Both the position numbers and the translations under genes were made by a program. DNA of 64,000 bases from Obrimoposthia wandeli (taxonomy: Eukaryota). The stretch is taken from NCBI GenBank assembly GCA_977020255.1, contig CDROCS010000506.1, forward strand, positions 2,418,001 to 2,482,000. Reading direction: 5' to 3'. The notes below the pieces were generated by a model. It worked only from the letters and a program-made list of their open reading frames with translations, had not been told where the DNA came from and did no database searches. This document shows, in pieces, positions 33,611 to 44,204 of the stretch (position 1 is the first letter of the stretch; each line of letters starts with the position of its first letter).

Positions 33611-34362
33611 AAAGTAAACTCTTAATGGCAGGTTTTGTCACTGTTGCTTACAGTTCTTTTTTGGTTGGCACACTACCGGCAACATTGGCATTATCTTATG
33701 TTTCACTACCCACTAACGTAACGATAAACCAAGTCGAGGGTACAGTATGGCAAGGCCAAGCTAAGCGGGTATCGTTTAATGATATAGAAGTCGACGACGT
33801 GCGTTGGGATACCTCTGTAATGGCATTACTAACCGGATCTGCGCAAGTCTATGTTGAATTCGGTCGCGGTAAAAACAGCTTACGCGGTAGCGGTGAGTTA
33901 GGTTATTCAAGTAGCGGCGCTTACGCACAAGACTTTACCGCGTCAGCAAGCTCTGAATGGCTTGTTCGCGCAAGTAATGCGCCATTGCCAGTGACTACAC
34001 AGGGTAACGTTAAATTAACGATCGCAGAGATGCAGCAAGGACAACCCTGGTGTGAACAACTAAATGGCCAGTTGAGTTGGTCTAATGCGGCAATTGAATC
34101 GTTATTGGGTAATGTTGAAATCGGTTCTGCTGTTGCTAACTTGAGCTGTGATAACGGTGCCATTGTGGCCAATATTAAACAAAGTTCTAATCAGCTTAAA
34201 TTATCCGGTAGCGCGAAGTTAGAAAGTAAAGGCAAATACAGCCTATCTGCAGTGTTAGTACCAAGTAATGAATTACCTGAATCAATACGCAGTAATCTGC
34301 GCTATATTGGTAAAGAAAATGCCAAAGGCGAGTATAAGATTAATTACGCAGGGCGGATATAA
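33607..34362 (+). CDS. gspN: Type II secretion protein N
   Basis: EGTVWQG, PWCEQLNGQLSW, ANLSCDNG. Confidence 0.9.
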   Translation: MKSKLLMAGFVTVAYSSFLVGTLPATLALSYVSLPTNVTINQVEGTVWQGQAKRVSFNDIEVDDVRWDTSVMALLTGSAQVYVEFGRGKNSLRGSGELGYSSSGAYAQDFTASASSEWLVRASNAPLPVTTQGNVKLTIAEMQQGQPWCEQLNGQLSWSNAAIESLLGNVEIGSAVANLSCDNGAIVANIKQSSNQLKLSGSAKLESKGKYSLSAVLVPSNELPESIRSNLRYIGKENAKGEYKINYAGRI

Positions 34363-34409
34363 TATTGTTATGTAACGTACTGGCGTTATGACAAGGATGC
34401 AGAATTAAA

Positions 34410-34955
34410 ATGACACATCAAAAACCCAAAATATTAAACACGAAAATCGTCGCAGAAAGCCGATTATTTAAAGTTGAGTCCGTCGCACTGCGTTTTGCTA
34501 ATGGTGTTGAGCGTACTTACGAAAGAATGAAAGGCGGCGGTCACGGCGCCGTTATGATGGTGCCTGTCGATGCGGATAATAATCTTATCTTGATCCGTGA
34601 GTATGCCGTTGGTACCGAACGTTATGAGCTTGGTTTTCCTAAAGGGGCTATCGATAAAGGTGAAACGGCATTACTTGCCGCTAACCGAGAGTTAATGGAA
34701 GAGGTCGGTGTCGGGGCTAAAAAACTGACTTTACTGAAAGAAATTAACTTAGCTCCGAGCTATTTTTCTGCTCACATGCAGATCTATCTGGCACAGGATT
34801 TATACCCAGAATCGCGCGAGGGAGATGAACCTGAGCCGCTCGAAATTATAAAGTGGCCACTGGCGCGGGCAAATGAACTGCTTGATAATGATGAGATCAC
34901 AGAATCTCGCGCTATTTGTGCATTATTACTTGCCCTAAAACAATTAGATAAGTAA
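34410..34955 (+). CDS. nudE: ADP compounds hydrolase NudE
   Basis: SRLFKVES, FANGVERTYER, Nudix box GAIDKGE...ANRELMEEVG. Confidence 0.93.
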   Translation: MTHQKPKILNTKIVAESRLFKVESVALRFANGVERTYERMKGGGHGAVMMVPVDADNNLILIREYAVGTERYELGFPKGAIDKGETALLAANRELMEEVGVGAKKLTLLKEINLAPSYFSAHMQIYLAQDLYPESREGDEPEPLEIIKWPLARANELLDNDEITESRAICALLLALKQLDK

Positions 34956-34991
34956 TACTAAATAATTAAGTGATGGCGAGAAAAAAGTAGG

Positions 34992-35807
34992 ATGTGCAGT
35001 ATGCAAGTAATGACCTTAATTCCAGCGTTAAAAAAAATTGCACGTGCCACTGGTACTGTGATCTATGATATTTATCAGTCGGGTGAATTTGAGCAAGAAA
35101 TTAAACTAGATCATACCCCCGTTACCAGTGCTGATATCGCCGCACACGAATACCTCTCTGAGCAACTTGCGCTGTTGACCCCCGATATACCTATTCTATC
35201 TGAAGAAGATTGCGATATTGCCGTTGCAGAGCGTCAATCGTGGGATACTTATTGGTTATTAGATCCGCTAGATGGTACCCAAGAGTTTATATCTCGTAGT
35301 GGTGATTTTGCGACAATCATTGCCTTAGTACATAAGAACAAACCTATTTTGGGCATGATCTATGGACCTAAGGATGATGTACTCTATTGGGCCGTTGATG
35401 GTGAAGGCGCATATAAAGAAACCGCAGCAGGTGAAGAGCAAATATTCAGCCATACGTGCCCACAGCCATTAACAAGTTTGAATGTCGTTGTGAGCCGTGT
35501 TCAGAACCCTGATAACATCCGACAGTTAGTTGAAGATGATATTGACCTCGAGTTACAGTCTTTAGGTTCTGCGAGCTTAAAGGGCTGTTTAGTGGCTGAA
35601 GGTAAAGCGGATTGTTATATACGCTTAGGGCTTACGGGAGAGTGGGATACCGCAGGTACGCAATGTATCGTTGCCGAAGCAGGCGGTGCTATTCTTGATT
35701 TGAATTTAAACCCATTATCTTACAATCAGCGTGACACTTTAAAGAATCCTGATTTTATTGTCTTTGGTGATCGAAATTTAAACTGGTCTGAGATTTTAAC
35801 TGGTTAA
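34992..35807 (+). CDS. cysQ: 3'(2'),5'-bisphosphate nucleotidase CysQ
   Basis: PVTSADI, WLLDPLDGTQEF, EWDTAG; follows nudE. Confidence 0.92.
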   Translation: MCSMQVMTLIPALKKIARATGTVIYDIYQSGEFEQEIKLDHTPVTSADIAAHEYLSEQLALLTPDIPILSEEDCDIAVAERQSWDTYWLLDPLDGTQEFISRSGDFATIIALVHKNKPILGMIYGPKDDVLYWAVDGEGAYKETAAGEEQIFSHTCPQPLTSLNVVVSRVQNPDNIRQLVEDDIDLELQSLGSASLKGCLVAEGKADCYIRLGLTGEWDTAGTQCIVAEAGGAILDLNLNPLSYNQRDTLKNPDFIVFGDRNLNWSEILTG

Positions 35808-35846
35808 TCAGTTGGCTTATAACACCAGTACTAGTTTATAAATATG

Positions 35847-35874
35847 AAAAGGTCAGCACATCGCTGACCTTTTT
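35847..35874. terminator. Bidirectional terminator between cysQ and the NSS transporter
   Basis: AAAAGGTCAGC-ACATC-GCTGACCTTTTT. Confidence 0.85.
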
Positions 35875-35899
35875 CTTATTCATTGAACGGTATCAAGAT

Positions 35900-37273
35900 T
35901 TATTGGAAGGATGCAAACACCAGAACAAGTACTAATACTGGGCAAACAAATTTCACATACACAGGCCAGACCTTCCAGAAGATAGAATGCTCTGTGACAC
36001 CTTCTTGTGCCCTGATCTCAGCCATTAAGCCTTTACGGCTCCAGACCCAACCCGCGAAAATGGCGACACCTAAACTGATCAGTGGTTGTGCATATTGTGT
36101 TGTCAGCGTAATAACAAAACCAAACAGTGTTGAGAAGTTAAATACAATCACCAAGCTTAATGCTGTCACGATAGACCCGACGATATAAGCGGCTTTTTTA
36201 CGTGTCATTGTTGCACGCTCAGCAAGGTAACTTGTCGGTGATTCCATCATGCCAATTGCAGAGGTCAATGCAGCAACAAATAACAAGGCAAAGAATAGAA
36301 TTGAAACGGGGTATTGTGCAGCCCCCATGGTTTCAAATAATGCCGGTAATACTGTAAATACCAGAGTATCTGAGCTCAGCAGGCTACCGTCAGCAGCAAA
36401 AATCTCAACACCATTATGTGATGCCACATACATCGCGGGTAAGATCACCATACCTGCAACGAATGCGACGGCTGTATCCATTAATGTTACTTGCGCAGCT
36501 AACTTGGCAATATTTTCTTTTTTGTTTAAGTAAGAGCCGTATACCATCATGCAACCACTGCCTAATGATAATGAGAAGAATGTTTGGCCTAATGCACCAA
36601 TTAATACATCGCGATCCATAATACGACTGAAGTCTGGAATAAGTAATGCGCGTACACCTAGCTCTGCGCCAGGCTGAGTCACAATGTAAAGCATTGCTGA
36701 AATTAGCATTAAAAATAATAACGGCATTAAACGCTTCGACCATTTCTCAATGCCGTCTTCCACACCTTGCTGAATCACTAAGATAGTGAACATGGCAAAT
36801 ATCACTGTAAATACCACATTACGTGACAGTGACATATCAACCAACCAGCTTGCTGTTGTCGCTGACCCCATGATTTCAGCAAGCGGCGCTAAGGTATTAC
36901 TGATAAACCAACCTGATAAAATACCGTAGAACGAGAAAATAAGCGCTGAAGTAACAATGGCAGCAAGACCAATGGCAATACCGATTAATTTGACACTTTT
37001 TGTTTTAGCGAGTGCGCTTAATGCATTCGCTGGATTTGTTTGTCCGTGACGACCGATCATTAACTCTGCAATAAGCATCGGATAACCAAGCATAAAAATC
37101 AGTACAAGATAAACCAGTAAAAAAGCACCGCCACCATTACTGGCTGCTTGTGTTGGGAAGCCCCAAATATTACCGACACCAACAGCAGAGCCTGCGGCTG
37201 CCATGATGAAACCAAACTTTGAACTAAATTGGCCGCGTTTAGCGGTGTCTGTTGTTGTACTGATGGTTGACAT
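35900..37273 (-). CDS. Sodium-dependent transporter, NSS (LeuT/TnaT-like) family
   Basis: FSSKFGFIMAAAGSAVGVGNIWGFP, GGGAFL, GQTFFSLSLG. Confidence 0.92.
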   Translation of the reverse strand: MSTISTTTDTAKRGQFSSKFGFIMAAAGSAVGVGNIWGFPTQAASNGGGAFLLVYLVLIFMLGYPMLIAELMIGRHGQTNPANALSALAKTKSVKLIGIAIGLAAIVTSALIFSFYGILSGWFISNTLAPLAEIMGSATTASWLVDMSLSRNVVFTVIFAMFTILVIQQGVEDGIEKWSKRLMPLLFLMLISAMLYIVTQPGAELGVRALLIPDFSRIMDRDVLIGALGQTFFSLSLGSGCMMVYGSYLNKKENIAKLAAQVTLMDTAVAFVAGMVILPAMYVASHNGVEIFAADGSLLSSDTLVFTVLPALFETMGAAQYPVSILFFALLFVAALTSAIGMMESPTSYLAERATMTRKKAAYIVGSIVTALSLVIVFNFSTLFGFVITLTTQYAQPLISLGVAIFAGWVWSRKGLMAEIRAQEGVTEHSIFWKVWPVYVKFVCPVLVLVLVFASFQ

Positions 37274-37602
37274 AACTCTCCGTGTAAACTTTAATTTACT
37301 ATAATTGTAATTTGTAACTAAATATTTACGGGTAATATGCTGCCAAATGGCTGCTAGGTCAAATTAAACAGCTATTATTTTTATTTTAAGTGGGTTTAGG
37401 TGCTTTAAATGTGTTTTATTGCATGATTTTGATGCTATTTGTAATGGCTGTAATTATTTGTTTACGGTTGCGGTGCTAAGGCTTAGTTGTTGTTTATTTT
37501 AGTGGTGTTAAATAGACGAAGTAATAAGATTAGTTGCTGATAGTCTCGAAAGTAGTATTATAATATCAGTGTTAACAACCTATTAATAAATGACTTTAAA
37601 TT

Positions 37603-38223
37603 ATGACCGGAATTAGAGCCCAGCAAAAAGAAAAAACCCGTCGTTCACTGATCAACGCGTCATTTCGCTTGGTGACCGCTGAACGCAGCTATTCAAATTT
37701 GAGCTTACGTGAAGTAGCACGTGAGGCTGGGATCGCGCCCACGTCTTTTTATCGTCATTTTTGCGATATGGAAGAGTTAGGTTTAACCATGGTTGATGAA
37801 GGGGGCCTTACATTAAGGCAACTGATGCGCCAGGCACGACAACGTATCGAAACCGGTGGTAGTGTTATCCAAACCTCGGTTGAAACATTTATGGAGTTTG
37901 TTGAACAGAATCCCAATATTTTTCGGGTGCTATTACGTGAACGATCTGGTACTTCAGCTGCGTTCCGTGCTGCGGTTTCTCGTGAGCTTCGTCATTTTAG
38001 TCACGAGCTGACAGACTATATAGAGCTGTCAACAAAGTTAAATCGTGATGAAGCGACGATCCAATCTGAGGCAATGGTCACAATTGTTTTTAATGCTGGC
38101 GCTGAAGCACTCGATTTATCGAACGAAGAACGTCGTGCATTGTCTGAACGTACTATAATGCAATTGAGAATGATTGCAAAAGGCGCAGCGGTACTAAAAA
38201 TGACAAGAGGTATTACGCTGTAA
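37603..38223 (+). CDS. fabR: TetR-family regulator FabR
   Basis: [34 protein letters not shown]. Confidence 0.92.
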   Translation: MTGIRAQQKEKTRRSLINASFRLVTAERSYSNLSLREVAREAGIAPTSFYRHFCDMEELGLTMVDEGGLTLRQLMRQARQRIETGGSVIQTSVETFMEFVEQNPNIFRVLLRERSGTSAAFRAAVSRELRHFSHELTDYIELSTKLNRDEATIQSEAMVTIVFNAGAEALDLSNEERRALSERTIMQLRMIAKGAAVLKMTRGITL

Positions 38224-38246
38224 ACTCTGAACATTGAGGTATTTAA

Positions 38247-38609
38247 ATGACGACAAAAAATCAAGCAGGTTACAAACCATTATATTTTGCTTTTTTAGCA
38301 GGCTTATGTGGCAATGCAACGTTAGCAACCTTAACCACGAGTGAAGTTCAGTTTAGTATTTTCCCACTCATTGCATTAGCGCTGGTGGCTTATAATTGGT
38401 ATCAAGTTTATATGACAAGTGCCATTGAGAGTCATATCAGTAAATCATCGTTAGGTTTGTTTGCGATAGGTGTACTGACATATACCACGTTCGTGCGTAT
38501 GGAATATCCAGAACTCGGCAGTAACTTTTTACCGTTAATGTTGGTATTGGGTTTGTCTGTTTGGGTTGCCAAAACCATTGGTGTGTTTAGTCCTAAAGTC
38601 GAAGCTTAA
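38247..38609 (+). CDS. yijD: YijD (DUF1422) membrane protein
   Basis: Hydrophobic 120 aa; FSIFPLIAL, YPELGSNF; follows fabR. Confidence 0.85.
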   Translation: MTTKNQAGYKPLYFAFLAGLCGNATLATLTTSEVQFSIFPLIALALVAYNWYQVYMTSAIESHISKSSLGLFAIGVLTYTTFVRMEYPELGSNFLPLMLVLGLSVWVAKTIGVFSPKVEA

Positions 38610-38621
38610 TTTAGACCGATT

Positions 38622-38660
38622 AAAAAAGCCCGTTAACAATATTTTTGTTAACGGGCTTTT
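38622..38660. terminator. Bidirectional terminator between yijD and trmA
   Basis: AAAAAAGCCCGTTAACA...TGTTAACGGGCTTTT. Confidence 0.88.
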
Positions 38661-38684
38661 ATCTATTCAGATTAATATTTTTAG

Positions 38685-39797
38685 TTAACCTTCTTCGTTC
38701 ACTTTTTTAGTTAAGTAAACACCAGACTCAACATGGTGGGTATACGGAAATTGGTCGAAGAGTGCAAAACGTTCAATATTATGCGTTTGGCTTAAAGACT
38801 CTAAGTTGTCACTCAGTGTTTCAGGGCTGCAAGATATATAAACGATATTATCGTACTCTTGCACCATCTTAACTGTTTCTGCATCAAGCCCAGCACGTGG
38901 CGGATCGACAAAAATAGTGTTGCAATTGAACGTTGTTAAATCAACGTTTGCCGCTTTAAGACGATTGAACTCACGCTCACCTTTAATAGCAATAGTAAAC
39001 TCTTCAGCCGATAAGCGTAAAATAGTTAAATTATCTAGGCCATTTTCAGCGATATTATATTGCGCCGATTGTACTGATGATTTTGATATTTCTGTCGCTA
39101 ATACTTTGTCGAAGTTTGGTGCTAATGCAATAGAAAAATTACCATTACCACAATACAACTCAAGCAGATCACCGCTACAATCTTTTGTTACATCCAACGC
39201 CCATTCAAGCATTTTCTGATTCACAATACCGTTTGGTTGAGTAAAGCTATTTTCAACTTGTTGGTATTTTAATTGTTTGCCTGCCACGGTTAATTCTTCA
39301 ACCACGAACTCACGGTCGAGTACCACTTTTTGTTTTTTAGCGCGACCGATAATGTTGATATTGAAATGTTCGCTGAGTTTTTCTTTTAATGCTTTTGCTT
39401 CTGCAATCCATTCATCACTTAATTGGTGATGATAAAGTAAGCTGACTAACACTTCACCACTCAGTGTTGATAAAAAATCGACTTGGAAAAGTTTAAAGCG
39501 TAATACCTTCGATTGTTTTAATTCCGCGATTAATGTTGGCATGAGCTCATTGATCAATTTACTACCAGGTAAGAAGTAATCGACTCTAAATTTTTGCTTG
39601 GTATCTTGATTAAACATGATGTAGTAAAGATCATCGCCGTCATGCCAAACTCGAAATTCTGCGCGTAAACGGTAGTTTTCTGCTGGAGAGTCGAATATTT
39701 CTAATTCTGGCGGTGAGAATTTTTTAAATATATCACGTTGACGAGTGGCTTTATCGTCAAGTTGTGATTGGTAGTTGTCAGGGTGCATTTCGATCAT
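38685..39797 (-). CDS. trmA: tRNA (uracil-54-C5)-methyltransferase
   Basis: [41 protein letters not shown]. Confidence 0.96.
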   Translation of the reverse strand: MIEMHPDNYQSQLDDKATRQRDIFKKFSPPELEIFDSPAENYRLRAEFRVWHDGDDLYYIMFNQDTKQKFRVDYFLPGSKLINELMPTLIAELKQSKVLRFKLFQVDFLSTLSGEVLVSLLYHHQLSDEWIAEAKALKEKLSEHFNINIIGRAKKQKVVLDREFVVEELTVAGKQLKYQQVENSFTQPNGIVNQKMLEWALDVTKDCSGDLLELYCGNGNFSIALAPNFDKVLATEISKSSVQSAQYNIAENGLDNLTILRLSAEEFTIAIKGEREFNRLKAANVDLTTFNCNTIFVDPPRAGLDAETVKMVQEYDNIVYISCSPETLSDNLESLSQTHNIERFALFDQFPYTHHVESGVYLTKKVNEEG

Positions 39798-39979
39798 GTG
39801 GGCTCACCGTAGTTAGATACTAAACAAAAGAGTAGCGATTGTAAGACCCAATTATAGTTTGTCCAGCATATTTTACTTTCTACTCGATACTTACCTTGTC
39901 TTATTTTGAAATTATAAATAACCGAATTATAAATATACATTGATAACGCATAATTCTATACTTTTTGCAGTTATGAATA

Positions 39980-40100
39980 AGAGATCTAAATCTCTAGTTT
40001 AGTAATAACATTTATTGGGGGAATCCAGTTAGACTCTGGATCTGTCGCGCAACGGTGATAGTGCTTAGCACTTAAGGTCGGTCTCCAATAGGAACCTGAG
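39980..40100 (+). ncRNA. Cobalamin riboswitch (short form); boundaries approximate
   Basis: GGGAA-TCCAG-loop-CTGGA-TCTGTCGCGCAACGGTGA core, AGTGC/GCACT hairpin, TATTGG/CCAATA closing stem; upstream of a btuB-like gene. Confidence 0.75.
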
Positions 40101-40179
40101 TAATTAATAAAATAATAAATACTCAATTTTGCTGAATGATTCGGCTTATTTTTCTACGCGTAAATAGGAAAAATTTACA

Positions 40180-42105
40180 ATGTCTAAAAAACTATTAGCA
40201 GCTGCACTCTTGCCGTTCGCTGCGCTTGCCCAAGATCCGTCTACTAATAATGAAGAAGTAACTGTGGTTATCGGTCGTTCTGAAAGCACACCTCTAAATA
40301 TTGCCGCGAATGTGGATGTTATTGAAAGTGACGACATTAAAATAAGTGGCGCCAAGAATCTCACTGATTTATTACGAGGACGCAGTGGAATACAGATCTC
40401 TGATAGTAATTCTGGTGCTGTAATATCAATGCGTGGTTTTAGTGCTACTCAGGCGGCGAATAATACATTGATCATGATTGATGGTCGTCGTCTGAATAAT
40501 ATCGATATTTCAGCGCCAAGTATCAGTGCCATACCACTTAATCAAATCGAACGCATTGAGATATTAAATGGTAGTGCGGGTGTTCTCTACGGCGATCAAG
40601 CAGTCGGTGGTGTTATAAATATTATTACTAAAGCGCCTGATAGTGTTGGCGGAAATGTGCAGCTTTCTGGTGGTAGCTTTAATACATATGAAGGCCAGGC
40701 GAATATCTCTGCTGCGACAAACGATAAGTGGAATGTTTATTTGTCAGGCAGTTACAATGAGGGCGATAATTATCGTGAGCATAATGCGAATGAAACATCT
40801 TCTATTTTAGGTAGAATTCAATATAAAACAGAGCTGAATAGCTTCTTTATTGAGAGCAGCTACTATGATAATTACCGTGAATTGGCTGGTGCTCTTACTA
40901 AAGAACAGTTTGAAAATGATCCTAGACAAGCAACTAGTACAACGGATGATTCACATGAAATGACCTCTACGGTGCGTTTAGGATACCAACATCAAGTTAA
41001 TTCTAGTTGGTCACTAGATACAAACTTGAACTATAAAGATACCCTTCAGCAAAATAATCTAGGATGGGCTAGCGAGAAAAATATTTCATTGCTTGAGTTC
41101 AATACTAAAGTTATTGGTCGTCTGAAAGTTAAAAACGGTGATTTGAATATTGTTACAGGTATGGATTTATCTAGAGGGGATGTTGAGTTCAGTTGGGGAC
41201 GTGAAAATATTCAGACTATTGCAAGTCTTTTTACTCAAATAACAGCTCCACTGTCAGAGCGATTGAGTTATGTTGCTGGGGGGCGCTATTCTATAATTCA
41301 AGATGAACTAATTGATGGTAGCGTATATCCCGATGGTGTTGAACTGGATGAGGATGCACATGCGTTCGAGTTAGGGTTAAATTACCAAGCGTCGGCAGAT
41401 CATCGATTATATATGCGTTTAGATGATAATTTTCGTTTCGCTAAAGTGGATGAACAAGCTTACACTCCAGCTGAGGTGGTAGGACTTAAACCTCAAACTG
41501 GACGTTCATATGAAGCTGGCTGGGATTGGAGTCCGGCATCACATACTTTAAGTTTAAACATTTATAGATTAGATCTGGAAGATGAAATAATTTTTGATTT
41601 ATCTATACCTGAATTATCTCCTGGATTTGGCCCTGGTGCTAATGTTAATGCTGAGGCTTCAACTCGATATGGTTCTAGTTTAAAATGGAATTGGCAGGTT
41701 AATTCTGATTTGAATACTGGATTAGAGTATAACTATGTCGATGCTGAATTTACCGAAGGTTCTAATAAAGGTAAGTCATTATCTTGGGTTGCTGAACATA
41801 CGGGGCGTGGTTACGCAGAGTTTTATTTTGCAAATGATTTCCAATTATTCATGGAAGAAGTTTATGTCGGAGAGCGTTATATCGATGGTGATAACGGTAA
41901 TTCTAAAGATCAACTAGATGATTATTGGCTTACTAATATTGCACTTAATTATGTGCTAAATGATTGGTCTGTTAGTTTAAGAGCTGATAATTTGTTTGAT
42001 ACCAAATATGTTAGTTCTGCTTTTGTTGGAGGCTTATTCTCCACAGATGGTTATTATGTGGGTAATGGCCGAAGCTTCCGCTTAACTGCAAATTACGATT
42101 TTTAA
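40180..42105 (+). CDS. btuB: TonB-dependent receptor, probable cobalamin transporter
   Basis: Signal peptide, TonB-box-like EEVTVVIG, plug LYGDQAVGGVINIITK, terminal aromatic YDF; riboswitch and trmA/murI synteny. Confidence 0.72.
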   Translation: MSKKLLAAALLPFAALAQDPSTNNEEVTVVIGRSESTPLNIAANVDVIESDDIKISGAKNLTDLLRGRSGIQISDSNSGAVISMRGFSATQAANNTLIMIDGRRLNNIDISAPSISAIPLNQIERIEILNGSAGVLYGDQAVGGVINIITKAPDSVGGNVQLSGGSFNTYEGQANISAATNDKWNVYLSGSYNEGDNYREHNANETSSILGRIQYKTELNSFFIESSYYDNYRELAGALTKEQFENDPRQATSTTDDSHEMTSTVRLGYQHQVNSSWSLDTNLNYKDTLQQNNLGWASEKNISLLEFNTKVIGRLKVKNGDLNIVTGMDLSRGDVEFSWGRENIQTIASLFTQITAPLSERLSYVAGGRYSIIQDELIDGSVYPDGVELDEDAHAFELGLNYQASADHRLYMRLDDNFRFAKVDEQAYTPAEVVGLKPQTGRSYEAGWDWSPASHTLSLNIYRLDLEDEIIFDLSIPELSPGFGPGANVNAEASTRYGSSLKWNWQVNSDLNTGLEYNYVDAEFTEGSNKGKSLSWVAEHTGRGYAEFYFANDFQLFMEEVYVGERYIDGDNGNSKDQLDDYWLTNIALNYVLNDWSVSLRADNLFDTKYVSSAFVGGLFSTDGYYVGNGRSFRLTANYDF

Positions 42106-42271
42106 TTCTATATATCTTAAATTTGGTCTCATGAATGTAAGACGTTATTATGCTAAGTCATAAGTATTGATTATCAAGCCAGCGATATGCTGGCTTCTTC
42201 ATATCTAGCTATTCCAATTTATCTCCCCCTTGACTATCATATAGTTTTTATAATCTTCCAATGGTTTGTAC

Positions 42272-43054
42272 ATGAGTAAAATATTGATTTTTGATTCTGG
42301 TGTAGGTGGAATATCTATATATAAAGCAATCAAAGAGCAATTACCAAATGCGGACTACCTTTACCTGTTTGATAATGCATACTTCCCTTACGGTGAACTT
42401 GAGCCTGAGTTTCTTATCGAACGTGTTTGTCAGCTAATCGGTTACATGTATGAAAAGCATAATCCTGATCTTGTGGTTATCGCCTGTAACTCTGCTAGTA
42501 CATTGGTGCTACCTGCTTTGCGTCAACGTTTCCCTATTGCTTTTGTTGGCGTTGTACCCGCAATCAAACCTGCTGCGTTGCAAAGTAAAAAGAAAAAAAT
42601 AGGTTTATTAGCCACTCCAGGTACGGTTTCACGAGAATATACCCAACTACTTGTTAATGATCATGCTCAGGGTTGTGAGATAGACATGATCGGAACAACG
42701 AGTCTAGTCTTACAGGCTGAAAATAAACTCTATGGTCACACTGTCGATCTAGATGCCATTAGCAATGTTGTATCAAAATGGCAGGATCCAGATAATAGCC
42801 CAGATGTAGTGGTGTTAGGTTGTACTCACTTCCCATTACTTGTAAATGAGTTAGAGGAAGTCCTAGGTGAGCATATTCAATTTATAGATTCCGGTATGGC
42901 TATCGCATCACGTGTCAAAGATATATTAGGTGATGCGATTGCGGATCACGGTCATACAGGAAAAGCTTTTTGTACCAAAACACAGGCACAAAAAAAGCTG
43001 ACCCTCCTATTCAATGAAATAGGGTTAAGCCAGCCTTTATATATAGACGTATAA
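42272..43054 (+). CDS. murI: Glutamate racemase
   Basis: FDSGVGG, IACNSAS, VLGCTHFP. Confidence 0.96.
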   Translation: MSKILIFDSGVGGISIYKAIKEQLPNADYLYLFDNAYFPYGELEPEFLIERVCQLIGYMYEKHNPDLVVIACNSASTLVLPALRQRFPIAFVGVVPAIKPAALQSKKKKIGLLATPGTVSREYTQLLVNDHAQGCEIDMIGTTSLVLQAENKLYGHTVDLDAISNVVSKWQDPDNSPDVVVLGCTHFPLLVNELEEVLGEHIQFIDSGMAIASRVKDILGDAIADHGHTGKAFCTKTQAQKKLTLLFNEIGLSQPLYIDV

Positions 43055-43068
43055 TCTAATGAAGAAAA

Positions 43069-43524
43069 TTACTCTGCAGGATGAAGAGTACGTTCATTCG
43101 CTTCACGTACTTTTAATGTCCGCTGTTGGTACTCAGCATCATTAAGCGATTGAATTGCTTCTTTCGCGTCAGCCTCTGGCATTTCGACAAAACCAAAACC
43201 ACGACGTTTACCTGTATGCTTGTCTTTCATTAAGCGAACTGATAATACCTGCCCATATTCTGCAAACAATGTACGTACTGATGTTTCATTTGCTCGGTAA
43301 GGTAAGTTCCCTACATATAAAGTCGTTGTTTCTACAGCTACGCCGCTTGAAGATGAAGGTGTTGTTAATTTAATTGTAATACCAGTAATAATTGCACCAA
43401 TAGCAAACGCAATCGGTGCTGCTATTGCACTTCCTATAAAGGAAAGCGCTGTAAAACCAATTGCAGCAATTGCTACTGAAATAACTGATGCTCGAGTAGC
43501 ATTGGATAAAGTTGAAAAGCCCAT
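43069..43524 (-). CDS. Membrane-anchored RRM RNA-binding protein
   Basis: Two N-terminal hydrophobic helices, then RNP2 LYVGNL and RNP1 RGFGFVEM. Confidence 0.88.
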   Translation of the reverse strand: MGFSTLSNATRASVISVAIAAIGFTALSFIGSAIAAPIAFAIGAIITGITIKLTTPSSSSGVAVETTTLYVGNLPYRANETSVRTLFAEYGQVLSVRLMKDKHTGKRRGFGFVEMPEADAKEAIQSLNDAEYQQRTLKVREANERTLHPAE

Positions 43525-43808
43525 CGTTTTAAAGAACCCCTGAAAACACATAAGTGATTAATATGAAAGAATAAATTATCAATTGTTACCCTCGTCCCTA
43601 ATAGTAACTAATATATAGAAGAGCGACAATCAATCTCAATGTATCAATAAAAAGCTAAAAAAAATCATAGCTGTGTCTTATTTTGTCAAAAAATGTATGA
43701 AATACAAACAAAAATATTACTATTATTGAAATATAAATGCATAGCCTGTGTATAACGTGGTGGTAAGTTGTGATTAATAATGTCTTTTGTTTTTTATATA
43801 AAAAAGAC

Positions 43809-43836
43809 TTGTCATCATCCATCATCTCTCTATAAT
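43809..43836 (+). promoter_or_regulatory. rrn P1 promoter (AT-rich UP element upstream)
   Basis: TTGTCA-N16-TATAAT-GCGACCTC-ACTGACACGG, closely paralleling E. coli rrnB P1. Confidence 0.9.
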
Positions 43837-43933
43837 GCGACCTCACTGACACGGCAACAGCCGCTAAGTAAAGGTGTTTATCAGTATCGAAAGTTACTTT
43901 TTAAACCTCTTGAAATTAAGTGCAAATATGTAC

Positions 43934-43961
43934 TTGACTTCAAAATAGGTTTGCGTAGAAT
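43934..43961 (+). promoter_or_regulatory. rrn P2 promoter
   Basis: TTGACT-N16-TAGAAT about 125 nt downstream of P1. Confidence 0.85.
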
Positions 43962-43997
43962 ACGCAGCCTGACTACGACGAAAGACGTCAAGGTCAA

Positions 43998-44009
43998 TGC
44001 TCTTTAACA
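43998..44009 (+). promoter_or_regulatory. boxA antitermination element (operon C)
   Basis: TGCTCTTTAACA. Confidence 0.85.
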
Positions 44010-44204
44010 ATTTATTCAAGCAATCTGTGTGAGCACTTGCAGAGGTATAATGACCAAATATTATATCAATGCAATTGTGAACATTAAATTAAATCGAAAG
44101 GTTTGGTTTTATAAACAACAAGCTTCGGTTTGTTGTTGAAGTACAGAATTCATTGAGCCGACTTAATCTAATCTACTTGTAGATTGGGTTAGTCAAAAAA
44201 CTTT

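Noticed and set aside
22998-34362. gspC-N cluster as a novel secretion system
   Set aside because: Canonical Vibrio/Aeromonas-type T2SS order; lack of gspO/A/B here is normal because they are encoded elsewhere
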